A DNA stretch of 46,527 nucleotides, taken from positions 1 to 46,527 of the forward strand of contig CAITAV010000071.1 of assembly GCA_903890345.1 (NCBI GenBank), written 5' to 3'. The translations under genes were made by a program, and so were the position numbers. Below the pieces are notes generated by a model that ran no database searches, was not told the origin of the DNA, and saw nothing but the letters and a program-made list of their open reading frames with translations. Below, one piece after another: positions 10,384-22,447 of this stretch (positions are counted from its first letter, which is position 1; every line of letters starts with the position of its first letter). Source of the stretch: an uncultured Actinomycetes bacterium. GTDB lineage: Bacteria > Actinomycetota > Actinomycetes > Nanopelagicales > Nanopelagicaceae.

Positions 10384-10752
10384 TCACTCAGCCTTCTTCT
10401 TCTTCTTTTTAACACGGACTTTACCCATTTGCGCAGCCGATACGAGCGCTCCAGCAACTTTCAACGCTGGACCACTCTTATCTAGAAAGCCAGATGTTGC
10501 GCTCGTAACTTTTTCTGAAATATCTTCCACATTTTTAGTAATGCGATTAAAACTTTGAAGTGGCCCATTTACCAAGGTAACAGTTGTGTGAACTTCTTCA
10601 ATAAGCGGAGTTGCTTCATCCGTAACAGCCTTGAGTGAAATTTTGGCTTCATCAATAAAACGACCCACGCGGATAACCGCGTAGCTAACTGCAATTGCTA
10701 TAACAAGGAGAGATGACGCCGCAATGATTGTTGCAATTCCACCTGGGCCCAT
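10384..10752 (-). CDS. DUF948-like membrane protein
   Basis: N-terminal TM segment (GGIATIIAA...) followed by an amphipathic/coiled region; conserved position upstream of alaS; strong SD AAGGAGG. Confidence 0.7.
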   Translation of the reverse strand: MGPGGIATIIAASSLLVIAIAVSYAVIRVGRFIDEAKISLKAVTDEATPLIEEVHTTVTLVNGPLQSFNRITKNVEDISEKVTSATSGFLDKSGPALKVAGALVSAAQMGKVRVKKKKKKAE

Positions 10753-10809
10753 GACTTCCTCCTTGACTTACGAATCGATTAACTAATAAGCCCAGCCTAC
10801 CCGATTGCC

Positions 10810-12555
10810 TTACTTGGCTCCCTCTTTTGGCGCCCCATCAATTCCGCTCTCTTTACGTTGCGCGGGAGTAATCGGAGTTGGTGCGCCAGTAAGTGGATCT
10901 GCGCCACTGGCGGTTTTAGGAAAAGCGATTACTTCACGAATCGAATCTGAATGAGAAAGTAGAGCGCACAATCTATCTAACCCCAGAGCAATTCCGCCGT
11001 GTGGAGGTGGACCATAATTAAATGCTTCGAGTAAAAATCCAAATTTACTTGCAGCTTCTTCATCACTTAAGCCAATAACCGTAAACACATCTTTTTGCAT
11101 TTCACGATCATGAATACGAATGGATCCGCCACCTAATTCAGTGCCGTTAAGAACGATGTCATAGGCATACGCCAATGCACTTGCTGGGTCTTTTGCAAAA
11201 GTTTTAGCGAACTCTGGCTTTGGACCCGTAAATGGATGGTGCACTGCAGTCCAGCCACCACCATCGGTAGGTTCAAACATTGGTGCATCTACAATCCAAA
11301 CGAATTCCCATCGATTTGCGTCAATAAGATTGCAACGCTTTCCAACTTCCAGACGCACTGCTCCAAGTAAATTCAGTGATGCAATGCGCTCTCCTGCCGC
11401 AAAGAAAATTGCATCTCCCGGTTTAGCACCAACATGTGCCGCAATACCGGCTTGTTCAGATTCTGTTAAATTCTTAGCAACTGGTCCCCCAAGAGTTCCA
11501 TCTGCTGCTACCAAAATATATGCAAGACCTTTAGCGCCACGAGCTTTGGCCCAGTCTTGCCATGCATCTAATTCGCGACGAGGAGAATCAGCGCCACCGG
11601 GCATTAATGCTGCGCCAACATATGGAGCTTGGAAAACTCTGAATGTAGTGTCAGCAAAATAAGAAGTGCAATCAACGAGTTCGAGGTCAAAGCGCAAATC
11701 TGGTTTGTCTGATCCATATCGCGCCATCGCATCTAGATATGTCATGCGAGGAATCGGCAATGAGATTTTATAGTCAAGCACTTCTTGCCAGACCTTAACT
11801 AATATCTTTTCGGCTACTGCCAAAATATCTTCTTGATCAATGAAAGACATTTCTATATCTAACTGGGTAAATTCTGGTTGGCGGTCTGCTCTGAAATCCT
11901 CATCGCGGAAACAACGCGCTATTTGGTAATACTTTTCCATTCCAGCGACCATTAATAATTGCTTAAAGAGCTGTGGAGATTGAGGCAAGGCATACCAACT
12001 ACCTGGTTGCAGGCGAACAGGAACTAAGAAATCTCGTGCGCCTTCAGGTGTTGAACGTGTGAGATAGGGCGTTTCGATTTCAAGAAAAGATTCATCTTCC
12101 ATAACTCTGCGAATAGTCGAGGTGACCTTTGAACGCAAGCGCAGATTTGCTGCAGGTCCTTCGCGTCTTAAATCTAAGTATCGATACTTCAAGCGAACTT
12201 CTTCTGAAATTTCTACGTCATCGCCGCTATCAACAGGAAATGGCAAAGCGGATGCTTCACTCAAAATCGTTACATCATCACCCATCACTTCGATGGCACC
12301 TGTTGGAACAGCTGAATTTTCATTTCCTGAAGGTCTCGCAACAACTTCACCAGTTATTTTTAAACACCATTCAGCGCGCAATGCACCTGCAATTTTTTCA
12401 TCGCGGATAACAACTTGTACCCATCCAGTTGCATCGCGAAAATCGATAAATGCCACACCGCCATGATCGCGACGTCGGGCTACCCATCCGGCAAGAGTCA
12501 CACTCTGACCAACATGAGATGCTCGAAGCGTTCCAGCTCCGTGTGTGCGCAACAT
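10810..12555 (-). CDS. aspS: Aspartate--tRNA ligase, probably non-discriminating Asp/Asn type
   Basis: MLRTH, RRDHGG and RPSG (His/Gly signature of non-discriminating enzymes), [43 protein letters not shown]. Confidence 0.97.
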   Translation of the reverse strand: MLRTHGAGTLRASHVGQSVTLAGWVARRRDHGGVAFIDFRDATGWVQVVIRDEKIAGALRAEWCLKITGEVVARPSGNENSAVPTGAIEVMGDDVTILSEASALPFPVDSGDDVEISEEVRLKYRYLDLRREGPAANLRLRSKVTSTIRRVMEDESFLEIETPYLTRSTPEGARDFLVPVRLQPGSWYALPQSPQLFKQLLMVAGMEKYYQIARCFRDEDFRADRQPEFTQLDIEMSFIDQEDILAVAEKILVKVWQEVLDYKISLPIPRMTYLDAMARYGSDKPDLRFDLELVDCTSYFADTTFRVFQAPYVGAALMPGGADSPRRELDAWQDWAKARGAKGLAYILVAADGTLGGPVAKNLTESEQAGIAAHVGAKPGDAIFFAAGERIASLNLLGAVRLEVGKRCNLIDANRWEFVWIVDAPMFEPTDGGGWTAVHHPFTGPKPEFAKTFAKDPASALAYAYDIVLNGTELGGGSIRIHDREMQKDVFTVIGLSDEEAASKFGFLLEAFNYGPPPHGGIALGLDRLCALLSHSDSIREVIAFPKTASGADPLTGAPTPITPAQRKESGIDGAPKEGAK

Positions 12556-12581
12556 TTAACAGCCTCTTTTTCTAAAGTTGA

Positions 12582-13853
12582 TTATTTCCCAGAAACACTT
12601 CGAAGATAATCTTTTAAGGAGGTAAGAGTAACCGATGAAGTCTTGCCCGTGCTCATCTGCTTAAGCTCCACAGTCCCACTTGAAATTTCGCTATCACCTA
12701 GGACAAGTACGTACTCGGCATTACTTTTGTCAGCCGCTTTCATAGATCCTTTCAAGGCGCGATCACCGAAAGAAATTTCAACTCTAAATCCTGCATTTTG
12801 TAATTCTTGGGCAACCGTTAAGGCTCTGGACTTACTCTCATCCCCCAGAGGAATAATGAAAAGATCTGAAGTGAATTCTTGATCAAATGAAATTCCTTCA
12901 GCATCTGCGGCCAATACGCAACGATCGATACCTAAGCCAAACCCAATACCGGAGAGTTCTTGTCCACCCAATTGCGCCATAAGCCCGTCATAGCGACCAC
13001 CTCCACCGATGCCAGATTGAGCACCGAGTAGTTCGTGTACGAATTCAAAAGTTGTTCCGGTGTAGTAATCCAAACCGCGAACCATGCGTGGATTAATAAT
13101 GTAATCAATCTTGAGGGCTTTTAGATGCTTCTGTACGTCCTCAAAATCCTTCAAAGATTCTGCCGATAAGAAATCGAGCAGCAAAGGAGCAGATGCCATC
13201 TGATCCTTTATCTCATCGCGTTTATCATCAAATAAGCGCAGTGGGTTAATGCTTGCTCGCGTCCGTGTGGCTTCATCTAAATTCAATTTTTCAATGAATT
13301 TTACTAATTCAACTCTATGTTTTGCACGTGATGCAGAATCCCCTAAAGATGTAATTTCTAAGCGATACTTTTTTAATCCGATTGATTTAAAGCCTGCATC
13401 TGCAATAGCAATAACTTCAGCATCTAATGCTGCATCTTGGATACCAATGGCTTCAATGCCCACTTGATAAAATTGACGATATCTTCCGGCTTGTGGACGC
13501 TCCGCGCGAAAAAATGGACCGCTGTAATAAAGCTTGACTGGAAGTTGGCCTCTGTCTAAACCATGTTCGATGACAGCGCGCATTACACCGGCTGTACCTT
13601 CTGGACGTAAGGTGATCGAACGTCCGCCACGATCTTCAAATGTATACATTTCTTTTGAGACAACATCTGTTGATTCACCGACACCGCGAGTAAATAACTC
13701 CGTATCTTCAAAAACTGGTAACTCAATTAATTCATACCCAGCGCTTTTTGCAGGTTCAAGTAAAGCGTGGCGAACTGATTCAAATTTTCTAGATTGTGGC
13801 GGTAGGTACTCGCTGACACCTTTAGGTGCTTGAATTTGATTTGCTTTACTCAT
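12582..13853 (-). CDS. hisS: Histidine--tRNA ligase
   Basis: [42 protein letters not shown]. Confidence 0.98.
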   Translation of the reverse strand: MSKANQIQAPKGVSEYLPPQSRKFESVRHALLEPAKSAGYELIELPVFEDTELFTRGVGESTDVVSKEMYTFEDRGGRSITLRPEGTAGVMRAVIEHGLDRGQLPVKLYYSGPFFRAERPQAGRYRQFYQVGIEAIGIQDAALDAEVIAIADAGFKSIGLKKYRLEITSLGDSASRAKHRVELVKFIEKLNLDEATRTRASINPLRLFDDKRDEIKDQMASAPLLLDFLSAESLKDFEDVQKHLKALKIDYIINPRMVRGLDYYTGTTFEFVHELLGAQSGIGGGGRYDGLMAQLGGQELSGIGFGLGIDRCVLAADAEGISFDQEFTSDLFIIPLGDESKSRALTVAQELQNAGFRVEISFGDRALKGSMKAADKSNAEYVLVLGDSEISSGTVELKQMSTGKTSSVTLTSLKDYLRSVSGK

Positions 13854-14521
13854 CGCCTACCTGATTTCTTAGCAGCATCGATGAGATAAGGATTAGTTTT
13901 TCGTTCGTGAGCAATAGTTGTGTCTGGCCCGTGCCCTGGAAGAACTCGCAGGTGATCTGGAAGCGTCAATACTTTGTTAACGAGAGTTTCTTGCATGTCG
14001 CTAGCCGAACCAGAAGGTAAATCAGTACGTCCAATTGCGCCGGCAAATAAAACATCGCCACTAATGAGAACTTCATCGTCGACTGCAAACATGAGGGAGC
14101 CTCGAGTATGCCCCGGGGAATGAATTGCTCGGAACTTCATCCCTAACATTTCGAGTTCTGCTCCATGTCGTAATTCTCTTACATCACTAGGTTCAACAAA
14201 GTTCATTGCGCTTAATGTCGCTAGAAATTCAGCCCCATGAGCGCGTTCTGGATGTAAAAGCAATGCTCGATCTTCACTGTGGATGTAGGTCGGAATGCCA
14301 TAACCATCTGCAATGGGAACTATTGAAAATGTGTGATCTAGGTGTCCGTGAGTGATGATTGTGGCAACAGCTTTTAATTTGTGTTCATCTAAAACCATGG
14401 CGACTGTGTCGGAAACATCAGGCATTCCTGGATCTACGATGATGCATTCTCCGCCAGGGGCATCGGCGATGATCCAACAATTTGTGGCAAACATTGGAGC
14501 CGCAAAGGAGGTAACGAACAC
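13850..14521 (-). CDS. MBL-fold metallo-hydrolase (glyoxalase II-like)
   Basis: THGHLDH, PGHT.GS, GDVLF...IGRTDLP, PGHG; conserved upstream of hisS; GTG start with SD GAAGGG. Confidence 0.92.
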   Translation of the reverse strand: MFVTSFAAPMFATNCWIIADAPGGECIIVDPGMPDVSDTVAMVLDEHKLKAVATIITHGHLDHTFSIVPIADGYGIPTYIHSEDRALLLHPERAHGAEFLATLSAMNFVEPSDVRELRHGAELEMLGMKFRAIHSPGHTRGSLMFAVDDEVLISGDVLFAGAIGRTDLPSGSASDMQETLVNKVLTLPDHLRVLPGHGPDTTIAHERKTNPYLIDAAKKSGRR

Positions 14522-14717
14522 GGTGATTTCCCTTCGCCTACGCCTATTTATAGAGCGAGTTACGCGGGAAATTTCGCCGCGCTCATAGGTACAGGGTACC
14601 TTTTACCTTCACTAAGCCGCCTGACCAACTCGACACAAAGATCTGAGACATCAGATTCAAAGTTAATGAGGTCCAATAGCGAAGATCGAAATCGATTAAC
14701 GCGCTGAAGGGAAGACC

Positions 14718-16025
14718 ATGTCCGACGTAACTCCAACTCCTCTTTCAATTCCATCATCTGCAGCATCAGCACTGATTGGTGATCCTGCAAAATTTGGTTA
14801 TGTAGCACCAGATGGAACGGTCTTCGTTAAAACTTCAGCAGGCGATAAAGCTGTTGGTTCATATCCCGGAAAAAGCGCCGAAGAAGCACTCGCTTACTTT
14901 GTTAGAAAATTTGAAGCAATCGCATCAGAAATCGCACTTCTTGCAGCCCGTATTACAAGTGGTGCAATGGTGCCTTCCGATGCGATGGCCTCCGTTAAAA
15001 AATTACGTGATCAAGTAAAAGAGGTTAATGCCGTTGGCGATCTCGATGCCCTTGCCGCATCCGTTGAACAACTTGAACCACTTATTGAAGGTCACCGTGG
15101 TGCTTACGAAGCAAAGAAAGCTGCAGCTGAAGCAGAGAAAAGTGCAAAGCGTGCTCAGGTTTTGGTTGAGAAAGAAAAAATTGTCGTTGAAGCAGAATCT
15201 CTAGCCTTATCTGAGAGTTGGAAGACCACAGGAGATCGACTTAAAGAGTTGCTAACAGAGTGGAAATCAGCTCCTCGTCTAGATAAGAAAACAGATGCCG
15301 ATTTGTGGAAACGATTCTCAGCTTCTCGCAATAAATTTGATAAGCGTCGCAGAACTCACTTTGCTAACTTGGAAGCAACAACTTCTGTTGTCACCGATGC
15401 TAAGAAAAACTTAGTTACCCAGGCCGAAACATTGGCTACATCGACTGAATGGGTTCCAACAGCTAAAGCATTCAAATCTCTCATGGATCAGTGGAAAGCT
15501 GCCGGACGCGGCAAGCCATCTGATGATGCAAAGTTATGGGCTAGATTTAAGAAAGCTCAGGATCAATTCTTCCAAGCGAAAAACGCTGACTTAGAAAAGC
15601 GCGAAGTAACAATGGGCACTAACTTGGCAAAGCGTGAAGAACTTATTATTCAGATCGAAGCTTTAATCCCCTTCACTGACGTTAAAGATGCAAAGAATAA
15701 GTTTAGAGATCTCGCACGCGCGTGGGAGAAAATCGGAATGACTAATCGCGATAAGCGAGCAGCACTTGATGCCCGCGTCAGCGTCGTAGAAGAAGCGATC
15801 AAATCAGCCGAAGCTGAAATTTGGCGTAAAACCGATCCTGCTGCGAAGGCACGCGCTGCAGAAGTTGTTGCTCAACTACAAGGTGCAATCGATAATTACG
15901 AAAAAATTGCAGCCAAAGCAACAACTGCAGGTAATGCTAAAAAAGCAACTGAGGCGCTGGAATCGGCCGCTGCACGACGTATCTGGCTGGATGAAGCTCA
16001 GAAATCTCTCGCTGAATTTAGTTAA
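14718..16025 (+). CDS. DUF349 repeat, coiled-coil protein
   Basis: FGYV..DGTVFV..., three helical repeats (W...L..EWK...D..LW.RF); conserved convergent to rel in actinobacteria. Confidence 0.85.
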   Translation: MSDVTPTPLSIPSSAASALIGDPAKFGYVAPDGTVFVKTSAGDKAVGSYPGKSAEEALAYFVRKFEAIASEIALLAARITSGAMVPSDAMASVKKLRDQVKEVNAVGDLDALAASVEQLEPLIEGHRGAYEAKKAAAEAEKSAKRAQVLVEKEKIVVEAESLALSESWKTTGDRLKELLTEWKSAPRLDKKTDADLWKRFSASRNKFDKRRRTHFANLEATTSVVTDAKKNLVTQAETLATSTEWVPTAKAFKSLMDQWKAAGRGKPSDDAKLWARFKKAQDQFFQAKNADLEKREVTMGTNLAKREELIIQIEALIPFTDVKDAKNKFRDLARAWEKIGMTNRDKRAALDARVSVVEEAIKSAEAEIWRKTDPAAKARAAEVVAQLQGAIDNYEKIAAKATTAGNAKKATEALESAAARRIWLDEAQKSLAEFS

Positions 16026-18184
16026 TTATTGGTTGTTCGGTAAACGTCGTACACACCTTCGATTGATCTAACTGCAGTTAAAACCGCATCCAAGTGCGTT
16101 GCATCAGCCATTTCAAATGTAAATCGTGAGATCGCAACACGATCTTTAGTAGTACTCACAGCTGCGCTGAGAATATTGACCTGTTGCTCCGAAAGTGTGC
16201 GAGTTACATCGGCAAGTAAGCGTGCTCTATCAAGTGCTTCAACCTGAATATTTACTAAGAATAAACTCGAGGCACCTTCTAACCACTTCACGCCAACAAT
16301 GCGATCACTCTGATGTGTGTGTAAATCATCAGCATTTACGCAATCAGATCGGTGCACAGATATTCCGCTTCCGCGAGTAATAAATCCCATGATTGGATCT
16401 CCCGGAACGGGAGTGCAGCAACGAGCAAGCTTTACTAATACATCATCTATGCCTTCAACCTTGATTGCACTGCTCGAACGTTTTGCAACTGGCGCTCCTC
16501 CAGGAACAAAATCCATTGTGGGTTCGGGATGAGAGTCTTCAACTCCCATGAATTGAACTAACTTGTCGATGATCGCAGCCGATGAAACATGACCGTCTCC
16601 AACGGCTGAATACAACGCAGAGATATCTGGGTATCTCAACTCGTGTGCAAGTTCAAGCAAGGCATGACCTGCAAAGATTTTTTGTAACGGCAATCCTGCT
16701 TTGCGCATTTGGCGTGCAATAGATTCTCGGCCCGCTTCAATAGCTTCCTCACGTCGCTCTTTGCTAAACCACGCTTTGATCTTTGATCGAGCACGAGGAC
16801 TCTTAACAAAGTTAAGCCAATCTCGAGAAGGCGCTGCTGACTCACTCTTATTAGTAACTACCTCAACAACATCACCATTATTCAAACGAGTATCTAGTGG
16901 AATTAATCGTCCATTGACCTTTGCACCCGCACATCTATTGCCTACATCTGTATGCACTGAATAAGCAAAGTCAACAGGCGTCGAACCGCCTGGCAACGCC
17001 ACAACACTTCCTTTTGGCGTAAAGACGAAAACCTCAGGAGTACCAAGATCGAATCTCAGTGCTTCCAAAAATTCTGAAGGATCTTCAGTTTCTTTCTGCC
17101 ATTCATGTAATTGCCGTAACCAGAGCATCTGCGGAGAAGAAGAATTGGTATCCGTGCCATGTTTATATTTCCAATGAGCAGCGATTCCAAATTCAGCGCG
17201 TGAATGCATCTCAAAGGTACGAATTTGAATTTCAATTGCTTTGCCATCGGGACCGATCACGGTTGTATGAAGTGATTGGTATAAATTAAATTTGGGCATA
17301 GCTATGTAATCTTTGAATCTGCCCGGCACGGGTGACCATCGGGCGTGGATAGAACCGAGTACTGCGTAGCAATCTTTCACATCATTGACGAGAACTCTGA
17401 TGCCAACTAAGTCGTAGATATCATTAAAATCACGTCCACGGACAACCATCTTTTGATAAACGCTAAAGAAATGTTTCTTTCGCCCAGTAACAGTTGCTTC
17501 TACAGAATCCTTCGCAAGATCTTCTTCAACATCCTTGATAACTTCGGCGGTCAGAGCATCGCGAGAAGGACTGCGTTCTGCGACTAATCTTGAAATTTCC
17601 TCAAACTTTTTTGGTTCTAATACCGCGAATGAAAGATCTTCTAACTCCCATTTAATTGCGTTCATTCCCAGTCTGTGGGCAAGAGGTGCATAAATATCTA
17701 AAGTTTCTCGAGCCTTTCGTTCGGCGCTCTGCGGATCAACATATTTCCATGTACGGGCATTATGCAATCTATCTGCCAATTTAATAACGAGAACTCTGAT
17801 ATCTCGTGACATGGCGACAACCATCTTGCGTACAGTCTCTGCTTCGGCAGTCGGTCCGTAACTCAATTTATCTAACTTTGTCACACCATCAACCAGTGAT
17901 GAAATTTCGTCACCAAAATCACTCTTTAATTGAGTTAACGAATATGGAGTATCTTCAACGGTGTCATGCAATAACGCAGCAATAATAGTTGCATCATTGA
18001 GTCCTAATTCGGAGAGTATTTGTGCAACCGCAACTGGATGAGTGATGTATTCATCACCTGATTTACGAAGTTGACCTAAGTGAGCACTCTTTGCAACTTC
18101 ATAGGCCTTCTCAACCTTTGCAACATCAGACTTCGGATCATGCTCCTGTAAGGAGCTGATCAAGGGTTGTAAAAGTGTGTCCAT
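16022..18184 (-). CDS. relA: Bifunctional (p)ppGpp synthetase/hydrolase Rel
   Basis: HD domain (YITHP, LHDTVED, KLADRLHN), synthetase (YQSLHT, EIQIRT), TGS, Zn site CCTPVPGD, ACT. Confidence 0.97.
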   Translation of the reverse strand: MDTLLQPLISSLQEHDPKSDVAKVEKAYEVAKSAHLGQLRKSGDEYITHPVAVAQILSELGLNDATIIAALLHDTVEDTPYSLTQLKSDFGDEISSLVDGVTKLDKLSYGPTAEAETVRKMVVAMSRDIRVLVIKLADRLHNARTWKYVDPQSAERKARETLDIYAPLAHRLGMNAIKWELEDLSFAVLEPKKFEEISRLVAERSPSRDALTAEVIKDVEEDLAKDSVEATVTGRKKHFFSVYQKMVVRGRDFNDIYDLVGIRVLVNDVKDCYAVLGSIHARWSPVPGRFKDYIAMPKFNLYQSLHTTVIGPDGKAIEIQIRTFEMHSRAEFGIAAHWKYKHGTDTNSSSPQMLWLRQLHEWQKETEDPSEFLEALRFDLGTPEVFVFTPKGSVVALPGGSTPVDFAYSVHTDVGNRCAGAKVNGRLIPLDTRLNNGDVVEVVTNKSESAAPSRDWLNFVKSPRARSKIKAWFSKERREEAIEAGRESIARQMRKAGLPLQKIFAGHALLELAHELRYPDISALYSAVGDGHVSSAAIIDKLVQFMGVEDSHPEPTMDFVPGGAPVAKRSSSAIKVEGIDDVLVKLARCCTPVPGDPIMGFITRGSGISVHRSDCVNADDLHTHQSDRIVGVKWLEGASSLFLVNIQVEALDRARLLADVTRTLSEQQVNILSAAVSTTKDRVAISRFTFEMADATHLDAVLTAVRSIEGVYDVYRTTNN

Positions 18185-18201
18185 CTGGGACGCAAATAAA
18201 G

Positions 18202-19260
18202 TTACTTGCGACCTTTGCGTTTTGGTTGATTACGTGGACCACGTTTTTCGCTACCGCCATCTGAAAGAGGCGCTCCAGTTGTTGCAAGAACTGGTGATCC
18301 CCCACGAGCGTTTACGCGCTTTGCCAATGCTTGCATCGCGGGTTCGCGTTCGCGCATTACAGCTAGCAATGGTGTTGCAATAAATATTGAAGAATACGCT
18401 CCAGTTGCTAATCCGATGAAGAGAGCCAAAGAAAGATCCTTTAGCGTTCCTGCACCCAATAAACCTGCTCCAACGAATAAAATTGAACCAACTGGCAACA
18501 AAGCCATGATGGATGTATTTGCTGAACGTACAAGCGTTTGGTTAACGGCCAAGTTTGCGGCTTGTGAATATGTCATCTTCGACGTTGCAGTTACCGAGCG
18601 AGTATTTTCGCGGACCTTATCAAAAACAACCACGGTGTCGTATAAGGAATATCCCAGAATTGTTAAGAATCCAATGACGGTCGCTGGGGTTACATCAAAA
18701 CCAACCAGTGCATAAATCCCAACCGTGATAAATACGTCGTGAATAACAGCAACTATTGCTGCAACAGCCATTTTTGGTTCAAAAGCCATCGCAAGATAAA
18801 GCATGACAACTGCGATGAATCCAATTAGACCATATAAAGCTTTACGGGTAATTTCTTTACCCCATGAAGGACCAATGATCTGTGTGTCAATTGAATCTAC
18901 GCTTACACCAAATGTGGAAGCTAAAGAATCTTGCAGAGCGTTAGATTTATCATTTGCGAGCGAACCAGTTTGAATACGAACTTTATCGTTTCCGACTAAC
19001 TGCACGATATTTTCACCGGTGATACCTGCCGCAGTTAGTGCTGACTCTGCTTGTGCAACTGTAGAACCTGCTTTTGTTACGGTGTAAGACGCACCGCCTT
19101 TGAATTCGATTCCAAGGTGCAAACCTTGCAATGAAAGCGCAGCGATGGAAGCGATAATTAATAAACCTGAGAGCGCATACCAACGGCGACGTTTTCCTAT
19201 GAAATCTATTGAAGTTTCACCTGAGTGCAGACGTCCACCGAGACCTGAAAATTTAGACAT
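18202..19260 (-). CDS. secF: Protein translocase subunit SecF
   Basis: GIEFKGG, IGPSWG, HD, GYSLYDTVVVFDKVRE, QTLVRS.NT. Confidence 0.97.
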   Translation of the reverse strand: MSKFSGLGGRLHSGETSIDFIGKRRRWYALSGLLIIASIAALSLQGLHLGIEFKGGASYTVTKAGSTVAQAESALTAAGITGENIVQLVGNDKVRIQTGSLANDKSNALQDSLASTFGVSVDSIDTQIIGPSWGKEITRKALYGLIGFIAVVMLYLAMAFEPKMAVAAIVAVIHDVFITVGIYALVGFDVTPATVIGFLTILGYSLYDTVVVFDKVRENTRSVTATSKMTYSQAANLAVNQTLVRSANTSIMALLPVGSILFVGAGLLGAGTLKDLSLALFIGLATGAYSSIFIATPLLAVMREREPAMQALAKRVNARGGSPVLATTGAPLSDGGSEKRGPRNQPKRKGRK

Positions 19261-19263
19261 TAC

Positions 19264-20787
19264 TTATGCCTCCTTGGTTGCGTGTGAAAGAGCACCAAGG
19301 CTCTTTGGTGATACGCCTGAAAGCGCATGTCCGGAACTGTAGAAATTCAAGCGAGCTAAATAAGTCGTTAGTGGTTTTGTAAAAGCAAATACAACGAGAA
19401 GATCTACCAGAGTTGTTAGTCCCAAAGTAAATGCGAATCCACGAACACCACCGACAGCAAAGAAGTAAAGAAGTACTGCGGCAATAATAGAAACGAAGTC
19501 AGCCACAATAATTGTGCGACGTGCACGAACCCAACCAGTTTCTACAGCCGAACGAAGAGATCTTCCTTCACGGACTTCATCTCTAATACGTTCGAAATAA
19601 ACAATAAATGAGTCGGCAGTAATACCGATAGCCACGATGGCTCCTGCAATGCCGGCTAATGTAAGTGTGAACCCAATCCATTTTCCAAGGAGCAAAAAGA
19701 GAAGATAAACAAGTCCACCAGCGACAAGCAATGAACCAACGGATACAACTCCGAGACCACGGTAATAAAGAAGTGAGTAAAGAAGTACGAGAGCCAAACC
19801 TAGGAATCCAGCGAGTAAGCCAGCGTTTAATTGATCTGCACCAAGTGTTGGTGAAACTTGTTGAACTTCTCCGCGGTCAAATGCAAGTGGCAATGCACCG
19901 TATTTAAGTACGTTTGCAAGATCTTGCGCTTCTACCTGGCTAAAGGAGCCAGTGATCTGAGCGTTACCGGATGGAATTGCCTCATTAATGCGTGGCGCTG
20001 AAACAACTAATCCATCTAGAACAATTGCTACCTGGTTTTGAGGTGTTGGCAACGATGTTACTCGCGCTGTGATGTCACCAAAGGCTTTTGTGCCTTCATC
20101 ATTGAAAACCAAGGAAACATACCAAGCGTTGCCGCCTTGTTGATCAATTCCGGCTGTCGCCTTAGAAACCTGACGTCCTAATACTTCAGCTTTATCAAGA
20201 ATGTACTTTGCGCCGCCGTTTCTATCGCACGCAATAATTGCGCTATCTGCATTATCGCTACCAGTTCCTTGCAAATTTTCTGGCTTAGTGCAATCAAGGG
20301 CTGCAAATTGTGCATTTAATTCTGGAGTAACTGCGGCTGCGGGAGTCGCTGCTGGATCGGTAGGCGCAGCAGATGCTGTTCCTGGGGCCGTTGCTAATAC
20401 TTGTCTAAAACGCAACTCTGCAGTTTGTCCTACCAATTCAACAACACGACGACCAGTATCTCCTGGAATTGAAATAATGATTTGGCGATTTGTTCCGCTA
20501 CCTTGCGCGGCAACTTCACTTTCAGCAACACCTAATGAGTTAACACGTTGGCGAATAATTGAAACTGCTTGATCGATTGCCTCCGTTGTAACTTTGCCAT
20601 TCTCACCTGGAGCAATTCGTGGCTGCAAAGTAACGCTTGTTCCTCCTCGAAGGTCAAGACCAAGTCGAACTGCTGTTGCACCAGTAATCAAAACTGTTGC
20701 AAGTAAAGCGAGCATGACGAGGGCAAGGACTACCAAGGTGCGCCCTGGACGGGCAGAAGTTTTTACGGGTTTATTCGATGTAGACAT
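19264..20787 (-). CDS. secD: Protein translocase subunit SecD
   Basis: LGLDLRGG, RQRVNSLGVAE, AIVLDG..SAP, GALP, DSFIVYFERIRDE, VRGFA.TL. Confidence 0.97.
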   Translation of the reverse strand: MSTSNKPVKTSARPGRTLVVLALVMLALLATVLITGATAVRLGLDLRGGTSVTLQPRIAPGENGKVTTEAIDQAVSIIRQRVNSLGVAESEVAAQGSGTNRQIIISIPGDTGRRVVELVGQTAELRFRQVLATAPGTASAAPTDPAATPAAAVTPELNAQFAALDCTKPENLQGTGSDNADSAIIACDRNGGAKYILDKAEVLGRQVSKATAGIDQQGGNAWYVSLVFNDEGTKAFGDITARVTSLPTPQNQVAIVLDGLVVSAPRINEAIPSGNAQITGSFSQVEAQDLANVLKYGALPLAFDRGEVQQVSPTLGADQLNAGLLAGFLGLALVLLYSLLYYRGLGVVSVGSLLVAGGLVYLLFLLLGKWIGFTLTLAGIAGAIVAIGITADSFIVYFERIRDEVREGRSLRSAVETGWVRARRTIIVADFVSIIAAVLLYFFAVGGVRGFAFTLGLTTLVDLLVVFAFTKPLTTYLARLNFYSSGHALSGVSPKSLGALSHATKEA

Positions 20788-20798
20788 AAGTGCAGAGT

Positions 20799-21851
20799 CT
20801 AGGCGTGAATATCTGGTGTGTCGAAAAGGCCCGGAGTTGCCGCTAAATCAGCGGGTGGAGTGCGCCCAATATGGGTCCAACCCAGTGCTGTTGCAATTCT
20901 TCCGCGAGATGTTCGGGCCATAAAACCATTGCGGACCAAAAATGGTTCTGCGACAGATTCAACAGTTTCGCTTTCTTCACCAACTGCAATCGCAAGAGTA
21001 GATAGACCAACTGGTCCTCCATTAAATCTTTCAATCAAGGCAGTTAGAACCGCTCGATCTAATCGGTCTAAACCTTTTTCATCTACTTCATACATTTCAA
21101 GGGCGGCCATTGCGTGATTATGTGAAAGAACATTTCCACCTTGCACTTGAGCAAAATCTCGCACACGTCGCAGCAATCTATTTGAGATTCGCGGGGTGCC
21201 ACGAGAACGCCCTGCTATCTCTTCAACCGCCTTTGCATCAATTGTTAAGCCAAGCAATTTTGCGCTTCTAGTAATAACAGTTGCAAGATCCTTTTCATCG
21301 TAGAAATCAAGGTGAGCTGTAAAACCAAATCGATCACGCAACGGACTTGGCAGCAAACCTGCGCGAGTTGTTGCTCCTACTAATGTAAATCGAGGCAGTT
21401 GTAGTGGAATAGCAGTTGCACCCGGGCCTTTTCCAACTACAACATCTACACGAAAATCTTCCATCGCAAGGTATAACAACTCTTCTGCTGGGCGCGGCAA
21501 TCTATGAATTTCATCAAGAAAAAGAATCTCACCTTCTACTAAGGAAGAGAGAATTGCGGCTAAATCTCCTGCGTGAGTAATTGCCGGTCCGCTCGTAACT
21601 CGAATCGGTGTATTCATTTCACTTGCCAAAATAAGTGCCAACGTGGTTTTACCTAAGCCTGGCGGACCAGATAGCAAAATATGATCAGCTGCGCTTTCGC
21701 GTTTTCTGGCAGCACTAAGTAATACATCTATTTGTTGGCGCACTCGGTCTTGGCCGATGAAATCTTGCAACGTTTTTGGGCGAAGTGCATTTTCTGCAGC
21801 ACCATCATCGCTTCGAAGTGCAGGAGTTACTAAACGATCATCTGGAGTCAT
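20799..21851 (-). CDS. ruvB: Holliday junction branch migration ATPase RuvB
   Basis: [41 protein letters not shown]. Confidence 0.98.
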   Translation of the reverse strand: MTPDDRLVTPALRSDDGAAENALRPKTLQDFIGQDRVRQQIDVLLSAARKRESAADHILLSGPPGLGKTTLALILASEMNTPIRVTSGPAITHAGDLAAILSSLVEGEILFLDEIHRLPRPAEELLYLAMEDFRVDVVVGKGPGATAIPLQLPRFTLVGATTRAGLLPSPLRDRFGFTAHLDFYDEKDLATVITRSAKLLGLTIDAKAVEEIAGRSRGTPRISNRLLRRVRDFAQVQGGNVLSHNHAMAALEMYEVDEKGLDRLDRAVLTALIERFNGGPVGLSTLAIAVGEESETVESVAEPFLVRNGFMARTSRGRIATALGWTHIGRTPPADLAATPGLFDTPDIHA

Positions 21852-22447
21852 TTTTTACCACTTTGTAGCGCCAGTTTGAGTAGTTCTCCCAATTCCATCT
21901 TTGCAATTTCTTCTTGCGGAATATCTGATAAAACAGAGTTAATTGCGTCATCTGAATCTTTGGCAGAAAATCCTAAAGAGATAAGCGCACTTGTTAATTG
22001 CTCGCGCCACACTGGTTGATGAGATCTCGTGTATGAACCTTGTCCGAAATCACTTATCTTGGATTTAAGTTCCAGGATTAAACGTTGGGCTCCTTTTTTG
22101 CCTATTCCCGGAACTTTCTCAATCGCTGAAATATTTTCGGTATTCACGGCGTGTGCTAGCTCTGAAGGTGTCAGAGCGCCCAAAATTGAGAGCGCAACTT
22201 TTGGACCAATACCTGAAACGGTTTGAACTAATTCAAATAGAACGCGCGATGGTTCATCGCTAAAACCAAAGAGTGTGAGTGAATCTTCTCGCACTACAAG
22301 GGAGGTGAATAAGTTTGCATGTGCACCGACTGTCAATGAATTGCTGGTGTGAGCATTTATTAAAACATTCATGCCCACTCCCCCTACTTCAATGATTGCT
22401 CTATCGGGAGTAAGTGATTTCACAGTACCGCTTAATGTTGCAATCAT
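21848..22447 (-). CDS. ruvA: Holliday junction DNA-binding protein RuvA
   Basis: Start at 22447 (MIATLSG, ATGA overlap with the ruvC stop); [29 protein letters not shown]. Confidence 0.96.
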   Translation of the reverse strand: MIATLSGTVKSLTPDRAIIEVGGVGMNVLINAHTSNSLTVGAHANLFTSLVVREDSLTLFGFSDEPSRVLFELVQTVSGIGPKVALSILGALTPSELAHAVNTENISAIEKVPGIGKKGAQRLILELKSKISDFGQGSYTRSHQPVWREQLTSALISLGFSAKDSDDAINSVLSDIPQEEIAKMELGELLKLALQSGKK

